A stretch of DNA of 64,000 bases, from contig OZ024766.1 in assembly GCA_964016885.1 (NCBI GenBank), positions 21,948,001 through 22,012,000 on the forward strand, read 5' to 3'. This document shows positions 52,519 through 64,000 of this stretch, in pieces. Positions within the stretch are counted from its first letter, which is position 1, and the number at the start of each line of letters is the position of its first letter. Source of the DNA: Eledone cirrhosa. Lineage: Eukaryota. The notes beneath the pieces were generated by a model. The model ran no database searches. It saw nothing but the letters and a program-made list of their open reading frames with translations, and had not been told where the DNA came from. The translations under genes and the position numbers were made by a program.

Positions 52519-53802
52519 AATGTATGTATATGTGGGAGGGGGGAACCAAGGGAGACAACTTCAAAACTATTTCATAATATTTAAGAATTATAGAGTTGTC
52601 TTCCTTGTTAAATTTAATTGTTTCTACTTTTGGCACAAGGCCAGCAATTATCTCAGTGTATTACTGGTACTTTATTTTATCGACCCCGTAAGGATGAAAG
52701 GCAAAGTTAACCTAATGTAAGCCTACTACCACCACCACCACCTCCTCCTTAACTACAACCCCATCACTACCACTACAGTACCACCATTACCACTACAGTA
52801 CTACCACCTTAACTACAACTCCACCACTACCACTAGAGTACTACCACCTTAACTACAACCCCACCACCACCACCACTACAGTACTACCACCTTAACTACA
52901 ACCCCACCCCACCACTACAACCCCACCACCACCTCTACAGTACCACCACCACCACTACCTCTACAGTACCACCACCACCACTACAGTACTACCACCTTAA
53001 CTACAACCCCACCACCACAGTACTACCACCTTAACTACAACCCCACCACCACCTCTACAGTACCACCACCACCACTACCTCTACAGTACCACCACCACCA
53101 CTACAGTACTACCACCTTAACTACAACCCCACCACCACCACTACAGTACTACCACCTTAACTACAACCCCACCACTACAGTACTACCACCTTAACTACAA
53201 CCCCACCCCCACCACTACAACCCCACCACCACCTCTACAGTACCACCACCACCACTACCTCTACAGTACCACCACCACCACTACAGTACTACCACCTTAA
53301 CTACAACCCCACCACCACCTCTACAGTACCACCACCACCTCTACAGTACCACCACCACCACTACCTCTACAGTACCACCACCACCACTACAGTACTACCA
53401 CCTTAACTACAACCCCACCACCACCTCTACAGTACCACCACCACCACTACCTCTACAGTACCACCACCACCACTACAGTACTACCACCTTAACTACAACC
53501 CCACCCCCACCACTACCACTACCACCACCACCACTACAGTACCACCACCACCACTACAGTACTACCACCTTAACTACAACCCCACCACCACCACTACAAC
53601 CCCACCACCACCTCTACAGTACCACCACCACCACTACCTCTACAGTACCACCACCACCACTACAGTACTACCACCACCACTACAACCCCACCACCACCAC
53701 TACAACCCCACCACCACCTCTACAGTACCACCACCACCACCACCACTACAGTACCACCACCACCACTACAGTACTACCACCTTAACTACAACCCCACCAC
53801 AG
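51617..53802 (+). other. U12-type (minor spliceosome) GT-AG intron of CEP41
   Basis: 5' site GTATCCTTT (51617-51625); CCTTAAC ending 16 nt before the exon start at 53803; no polypyrimidine tract. Confidence 0.9.
52741..53800 (+). repeat. Minisatellite containing 14 CCTTAAC motifs and many CTACAG
   Basis: Counted by eye. Confidence 0.9.
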
Positions 53803-53917
53803 AAGAACCAGCCAGGGAAACTAATCCTAATGTACGACTACGATGAGAACATCTGTCCCCGGGTGGCCTCCACCATTGCAGAGAGGGGCTTTGATAACCT
53901 CTTCCTGCTGTCTGGGG
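53803..53917 (+). CDS. CEP41: CEP41 rhodanese-domain exon (KNQPGKLILMYDYDENICPRVASTIAERGFDNLFLLSG)
   Basis: 115 nt, phase 0/1, |gtaagt donor; resembles KNAHGKIIILYDDDE...ERGFENLFMLSG. Confidence 0.94.
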
Positions 53918-55967
53918 GTAAGTTACCTTTATACCATCACACCATACCATCATACCACCACCATACCACACCACCACCACCACACCACACCATACCACAC
54001 CACCACACCACACCACACCATACCACCACCATACCATACCACACCACACCATACCACACCATACCACCACCACACCACCACACCACCACCACACCACCAC
54101 CTCCACCATTGCAGAGAGGGGCTTTGATAACCTCTTCCTGCTGTCTGGGGGTAAGTTACCTTTATACCATCACACCATACCATCATACCATCACACCACC
54201 ACCATACCATCATACCATCACACCATACCATCATACCACCACCATACCACACCACCACCACCACACCACACCATACCACCACCACCACCACACCACACCA
54301 TACCACCACCATACCATACCACACCACCACCACACCACACCATACCACCACCATACCATACCACCACCACACCACCACCATACCATCATACCATCACACC
54401 ATACCATCATACCACCACCATACCACACCACCACCACCACACCATACCACCACCATACCATACCACCACACCACACCACACCACCACCACACCACCACAC
54501 CACCACCACACCACCACACCACCACCACCACCACCACCACACCACCACCACACCACCACCACACCACACCACACCACCACCACACCACCACACCACCACC
54601 ACACCACCACCACCACACCACCACACCACCACCACACCACCACACCACCACCACCACACCACCACACCACCACCACACCACCACCACCACACCACCACAC
54701 CACCACCACACCACCACCACACCACCACCACACCACCACCACCACCACCACCACCACACCACCACCACACCACCACCACCACACCACCACCACCACACCA
54801 CAACCATACCACCACACCACCACCACACCACCACACCACCACCACACCACCACACCACCACCACCACCACCACCACACCACCACCACACCACCACCACCA
54901 CACCACCACCACCACACCACAACCATACCACCACACCACCACACCACCACCACCACACCACCACACCACCACACCACCACCACACCACCACCACACCACC
55001 ACCATACCACCACACCACCACACCACCACCACCACCACCACACCACCACCACCACCACCACACCACCACCACCACCACCACCACCATACCACCACACCAC
55101 CACAACCACACCACCACCACACCACCACCACCATACCACCACACCACCACCACCATACCACCACACCACCACCACACCACCACCATACCACCACACCACC
55201 ACCACACCACCACACCACCACCACCATACCACCACACCACAACCACACCACCACACCATACCACCACCATACCACCACACCACCACCACACCACCACCAC
55301 ACCACCACCACACCACCACACCACCACCACCATACCACCACACCACCACCACCACCACACCACCACACCACCACACCACCACACCACCACCACCATACCA
55401 CCACACCACAACCACACCACCACACCATACCACCACCATACCACCACACCACACCACCACCACACCACCACACCACCACCACACCACCACACCACCACAC
55501 CACCACCGCACCACCACACCACCACACCACCACCACACCACCACCACACCACCACCATACCACCACACCACCACACCACCACCACCCACCACACCACCAC
55601 AACCACCACCACCACCACCACCACCACCACACCACCACCACACCACCACCACCACACCACCACCACCACACCACAACCATACCACCACACCACCACACCA
55701 CCACCACACCACCACCACACCACCACCACACCACCACCACCACCACCACCACCACACCACCACCACACCACCACCACACCACCACCACCATACCACCACC
55801 ACACCACCACCACACCACCACCACCATACCACCACCACACCACCACCACACCACCACCACCACACCACCACACCACCACCACACCACCACCACCATACCA
55901 CGACATATATCTATATATCTCTCTCTCTCTATATATATATATGTATTCTCTTGTGTTGTTTAACCAG

Positions 55968-56150
55968 GTTTAAAAGTAGCTGAGAAGCTGTTCCCTGCTG
56001 GTCTGTTTGTGGGTGAGGCCTGTCCAGGGCCCTTAAATAGACACAAGGCTGAGGGACCCCTAATATCTCACCAGGCAGACTTCAGCAGTCGGGACCTTGA
56101 GGAGCTTACTATTTGTATGGGGTTGGCTCTGCAGGACAAGACAATTGCGT
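55968..56150 (+). CDS. CEP41: CEP41 exon ([16 protein letters not shown]...FSSRDLEEL...DKTIA)
   Basis: aaccag| ... |gtaagt, 183 nt, phase 1/1; resembles GLKVLAQKFPEGLITG. Confidence 0.9.
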
Positions 56151-56169
56151 GTAAGTAGGTCTTTGTTGT

Positions 56170-56264
<95 letters not shown>

Positions 56265-56307
56265 GTGTGTATATATATATATATATGTATATATATGTAT
56301 ATATATG

Positions 56308-56363
<56 letters not shown>

Positions 56364-56371
56364 TATATGTG

Positions 56372-56403
<32 letters not shown>

Positions 56404-56413
56404 TATGTGTGTA

Positions 56414-56450
<37 letters not shown>

Positions 56451-56451
56451 A

Positions 56452-56496
<45 letters not shown>

Positions 56497-56497
56497 G

Positions 56498-56570
<73 letters not shown>

Positions 56571-56585
56571 GTGTATATATATATA

Positions 56586-56632
<47 letters not shown>

Positions 56633-56636
56633 ATAC

Positions 56637-56759
<123 letters not shown>

Positions 56760-56966
56760 TACACATATATATATATATATACACATATATGTATATATAT
56801 ACACATATATATGTATATATATGTGTATATATATACACACATATATATATATGTATATACATATATATATACATATATATATATATACACATACATATGT
56901 ATATATATACACATATGTATATCTATGTCTGTATTTAACTGTTGTTCTCCTTGTCTCCCTCTGCAG

Positions 56967-57112
56967 CCCGTCTGTCGAAGGCAACGCTGACCAGCCGCTC
57001 CTACAGTCACCTCTCCCGCCAGACCTCCCCCCACCTCACACCACACCCCCCATCATCAGCAGCATCATCGCTGTCGATGTCTGGCAGACCCAGACCTCCG
57101 TTCCGTAGCTGA
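56967..57112 (+). CDS. CEP41: CEP41 last coding exon ([12 protein letters not shown]...[10 protein letters not shown])
   Basis: Strong pyrimidine tract plus ctgcag|, phase 1; SRL start and PF(R) end parallel vertebrate SRL...KPWK; TGA at 57110-57112. Confidence 0.8.
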
Positions 57113-58449
57113 GCCAGGTGGGTGTCACAACTCCGCACCTCCACGTAACATCTACACTACACCACTACCACTACACCATCACCACTACACTATACTACAC
57201 TACACCATACCACCACTATACTACTACCACTACACTATACTACACTACACCACACCACACTATACTACACTACACTATACTACACTACACCATACCACCA
57301 CTATACTACACCACTACCACTATACTACACTACACCACTACCACTACACCACACCATCACTATACTACACTACACTATACTACACTACACCATACCACCA
57401 CTATACTACACCACTACCACTATACTACACTACACCACCACCACCACACTATACTACACTACACTATACTACACTACACCATACCACCACTATACTACTA
57501 CCACTACACTATACTACACTACACCACACCACACTATACTACACTACACTATACTACACTACACCATACCACCACTATACTACACCACTACCACTATACT
57601 ACACTACACCACTACCACTACACCACACCATCACTATACTACACTACACTATACTACACTACACCATACCACCACTATACTACACCACTACCACTATACT
57701 ACACTACACCACCACCACCACACTATACTACACTACACTACACTATACTACACCATACCACCACTATACTACACCACTACCACTATACTACACTACACCA
57801 CCACCACTACTACCACTATACTACACTACCACCACTACCACTACACCACACCATCACTACACTACACCACTACCACTACACCACACCACACTATACTACA
57901 CTACACTATACTACACTACACCACTATACCACACCACCACCACTACACCACACCATCACTATACTACACCACCACACTATACTACACTACACCACCACCA
58001 CCACACTACACTACACTATACTACACCATACCACCACTATACTACACCACTACCACTATACTACACTACACCACCACCACCACCACTACTACCACTATAC
58101 TACACTACCACCACTACCACTACACTACACCACCACTACCACTACACTACACTACACCACCACCACTATACTACACTACACCACACCACTACACTACACT
58201 ACACCATACCACCACTATACTACACCACTACCACTATACTACACTACACCACACCACCACTATACTACACTACCCCACCACTACACCACACCACAACACT
58301 ACACCACTACACCACCACCACAATACTACACTACACTACTACCACTATACTACACTACACAACCACCACTACACCACCACTACACCACACCACTACCACC
58401 ACTACTACCACTATACTACACTACACCTCCACCACTATACTACGCCACA

Positions 58450-61400
58450 CTTATATACACTATCATATACACTATCATATATATACTATTATATATACAC
58501 TATCATATATACACTATTATATATACACTATTATATATACACTATTATATATACACTATTATATATACACTATCATATACACTATCATATATATACTATT
58601 ATATATACACTATTATATATACACTATTATATACACTATTATATACACTATTATATATACACTATTATATACACTATTATATATACACTATTATATATAC
58701 ACTATTATATACACTATTATATACACTATTATATATACACTATTATATATACACTATTATATACACACTATTATATATACACTATTATATATACACTATC
58801 ATATATACACTATTATATATACACTATTATATATACACTATTATATATACACTATTATATATACACTATTATATACACTATTATATATACACTATTATAT
58901 ACACTATTATATACACTATTATATACACTATTATATACACTATTATATACACTATTATATACACTATTATATACACTATTATATATACACTATTATATAT
59001 ACACTATTATATACACACTATTATATATACACTATTATATATACACTATTATATATACACTATTATATACACACTATTATATATACACTATTATATACAC
59101 ACTATTATATATACACTATTATATACACTATTATATATACACTATTATATATACACTATTATATACACTATTATATATACACTATTATATATACACTATT
59201 ATATACACTATTATATATACACTATTATATACACACTATTATATATACACTATTATATATACACTATTATATATACACTATTATATACACACTATTATAT
59301 ATACACTATTATATATACACTATTATATATACACTATTATATATACACTATTATATACACACTATTATATATACACTATTATATATACACTATTATATAT
59401 ACACTATTATATACACTATTATATATACACTATTATATATACACTATTATATACACTATTATATATACACTATTATATACACACTATTATATATACACTA
59501 TTATATATACACTATCATATATACACTATTATATATACACTATTATATATACACTATTATATATACACTATTATATACACACTATTATATATACACTATT
59601 ATATATACACTATTATATATACACTATTATATACACTATTATATATACACTATTATATATACACTATTATATACACTATTATATACACTATTATATACAC
59701 TATTATATATACACTATTATATACACTATTATATATACACTATTATATACACTATTATATATACACTATTATATATACACTATTATATATACACTATCAT
59801 ATATACTCTATTATATATACACTATTATATATACACTATTATATATACACTATTATATATACACTATTATATACACTATTATATATACACTATTATATAT
59901 ACACTATTATATACACTATTATATATACACTATTATATATACACTATTATATACACTATTATATATACACTATTATATACACTATTATATATACACTATT
60001 ATATATACACTATTATATATACACTATTATATATACACTATTATATATACACTATTATATACACTATTATATACACTATTATATATACACTATTATATAT
60101 ACACTATTATATACACTATTATATACACTACTATATATACTATTATATATACACTATATACACTATTATATACACTATTATATACACTATTATATATACT
60201 ATTATATATACACTATATACACTATTATATACACTATTATATATACACTATTATATACACTATTATATATACACTATTATATACACTATTATATACACTA
60301 TTATATATACACTATTATATACACTATTATATACACTATTATATATACACTATTATATACACTATTATATACACTATTATATATACACTATTATATACAC
60401 TATTATATATACACTATTATATACACTATTATATATACACTATTATATACACTATTATATATACACTATTATATACACTATTATATACACTATTATATAT
60501 ACACTATCATATATACACTATTATATATACACTATTATATATACACTATTATATATACACTATTATATATACACTATTATATACACTATTATATACACTA
60601 TTATATATACACTATTATATATACACTATTATATATACACTATTATATATACACTATTATATATACACTATTATATACACTATTATATATACACTATTAT
60701 ATATACACTATTATATATACACTATTATATATACACTATTATATACACTATTATATACACTATTATATACACTATTATATATACACTATTATATATACAC
60801 TATTATATACACACTATTATATACACTATTATATACACTATTATATATACACTATTATATACACTATTATATACACTATTATATACACTATTATATATAC
60901 ACTATTATATACACTATTATATATACACTATTATATACACTATTATATACACTATTATATACACTATTATATACACTATTATATATACACTATTATATAC
61001 ACTATTATATACACTATTATATACACTATTATATACACTATTATATATACACTATTATATATACACTATTATATACACTATTATATACACTATTATATAC
61101 ACTATTATATACACTATTATATATACTATTATATATACACTATTATATATACACTATTATATACACTATTATATATACTATTATATATACACTATTATAT
61201 ATACACTATTATATACACTATTATATATACACTATTATATACACTATTATATATACACTATTATATATACACTATTATATATACACTATTATATATACAC
61301 TATCATATATACTCTATTATATATACACTATCATATATACACTATTATATATACACTATTATATATACACTATTATATATACACTATTATATATACACTA

Positions 61401-63762
61401 TTATATACACTATTATATACACTATTATATATACACTATTATATACACTATTATATATACACTATTATATATACACTATTATATACACTATTATATATAC
61501 ACTATTATATACACTATTATATATACACTATTATATATACACTATTATATATACACTATTATATACACTATTATATATACACTATTATATACACTATTAT
61601 ATATACACTATTATATACACTATTATATATACACTATTATATACACTATTATATATACACTATTATATATACACTATTATATATACACTATTATATACAC
61701 TATTATATATACACTATTATATACACTATTATATATACACTATTATATACACTATTATATATACACTATTATATACACTATTATATATACACTATTATAT
61801 ATACTCTATTATATATACACTATCATATATACACTATTATATATACACTATTATATACACTATTATATACACTATTATATACACTATTATATACACTATT
61901 ATATACACTATTATATATACACTATTATATACACTATTATATATACACTATTATATATACACTATTATATATACACTATTATATACACTATTATATATAC
62001 ACTATTATATATACACTATTATATATACACTATTATATACACTATTATATACACTATTATATACACTATTATATATACACTATTATATATACACTATTAT
62101 ATACACTATTATATATACACTATTATATACATTATATATACACTATTATATATACACTATTATATACACTATTATATATACACTATTATATACACTATTA
62201 TATATACACTATTATATATACACTATTATATATACACTATTATATATACACTATTATATACACTATTATATACACTATTATATATACACTATTATATATA
62301 CACTATTATATATACACTATTATATATACACTATTATATACACACTATTATATATACACTATTATATACACACTATTATATATACACTATTATATATACA
62401 CTATTATATACACTATTATATACACTATTATATACACTATTATATACACTATTATATACACTATTATATATACACTATTATATACACTATTATATATACA
62501 CTATTATATATACACTATTATATATACACTATTATATATACACTATTATATACACTATTATATACACTATTATATACACTATTATATATACACTATTATA
62601 TACACTATTATATACACTATTATATATACACTATTATATATACACTATTATATATACACTATTATATATACACTATTATATACACACTATTATATATACA
62701 CTATTATATACACACTATTATATATACACTATTATATATACACTATTATATACACTATTATATACACTATTATATATACACTATTATATACACTATTATA
62801 TACACTATTATATATACACTATTATATACACTATTATATATACACTATTATATATACACTATTATATATACACTATTATATATACACTATTATATACACT
62901 ATTATATACACTATTATATACACTATTATATATACACTATTATATACACTATTATATACACTATTATATATACACTATTATATACACTATTATATACACT
63001 ATTATATACACTATTATATACACTATTATATACACTATTATATATACACTATTATATACACTATTATATACACTATTATATATACACTATTATATACACT
63101 ATTATATATACACTATTATATACACTATTATATACACTATTATATACACTATTATATACACTATTATATATACACTATTATATACACTATTATATATACA
63201 CTATTATATATACACTATTATATATACACTATTATATACACTATTATATATACACTATTATATACACTATTATATACACTATTATATACACTATTATATA
63301 CACTATTATATACACTATTATATATACACTATTATATATACACTATTATATATACACTATTATATACACTATTATATATACACTATTATATATACTATTA
63401 TATATACACTATTATATACACTATTATATATACACTATTATATATACACTATTATATACACTATTATATATACACTATTATATACACTATTATATATACA
63501 CTATTATATATACACTATTATATACACTATTATATATACACTATTATATATACACTATTATATACACTATTATATATACACTATTATATACACTATTATA
63601 TATACACTATTATATACACTATTATATACACTATTATATACACTATTATATACACTATTATATATACACTATTATATACACTATTATATATACACTATTA
63701 TATACACTATTATATACACTATTATATACACTATTATATACACTATTATATATACACTATTA
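58450..63762. repeat. 12/14-bp satellite (TATATACACTAT / TATATATACACTAT), ~5.3 kb
   Basis: Direct inspection. Confidence 0.97.
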
Positions 63763-63785
63763 ATGTCTTTTCTTGTCTATTTCAG

Positions 63786-63949
63786 ATGAAATATTCTCCA
63801 ACCTGGGACGTTTGACCTCTGACCTCCCCAGAGGTCACAGACTGTTGACCTCTGGGAAGGGTCACCTCTAGGAAGGTCACCTCTGAATCTCTCACCCAAG
63901 TGCTTGGTCCTTGTTATTAATACTCCACCCCTCCCCCACTACTACCACC

Positions 63950-63981
<32 letters not shown>

Positions 63982-64000
63982 ACCACCACTACTACTACTA
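63786..64000 (+). other. Probable non-coding 3'UTR exon of CEP41
   Basis: cag|gtgggt donor 5 nt after the stop (57118); strong acceptor tcttttcttgtctatttcag| right after the satellite. Confidence 0.55.

Noticed and set aside
53918-55983. Long His/Thr/Pro ORF extension and antisense Trp/Val/Gly ORFs
   Set aside because: Read-through past the exon donor into (CAC)n repeats.
57118-63789. 2223-aa ORF
   Set aside because: Translation of a G-free satellite; its GTG start is a splice donor.

Overview
Repeat-saturated animal genomic DNA. It is probably from an octopod cephalopod, inferred from the SINE types and microsatellite load. Two spliced + strand genes can be rebuilt with consistent splice phases. 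The first is the 3' part of CCR4/CNOT6(L) deadenylase (8 coding exons, 471-33312; the earlier LRR exons lie before the window). The second is CEP41 (8 visible coding exons, 45497-57112; middle exons probably in the N gap; one U12-type intron and a likely 3'UTR intron). Most ORFs in the supplied track are microsatellite artefacts. Three things stand out. (1) At least nine type-I minimal hammerhead ribozyme motifs of the Penelope-like-element kind, six of them as inverted pairs in long palindromes downstream of the CNOT6 stop. (2) An intronless ~4.7 kb ORF inside the 23-kb CNOT6 intron, with an in-frame phase-1 acceptor that could give a nuclease-less LRR+IDR CCR4 isoform. (3) A CEP41 minor intron whose CCTTAAC branch point is tandemly amplified to 14 copies. 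Also present are VNTR-carrying tRNA-SINEs sharing a tail with an RTE LINE, a mariner derivative, a Tx1/L1 fragment and many minisatellites.
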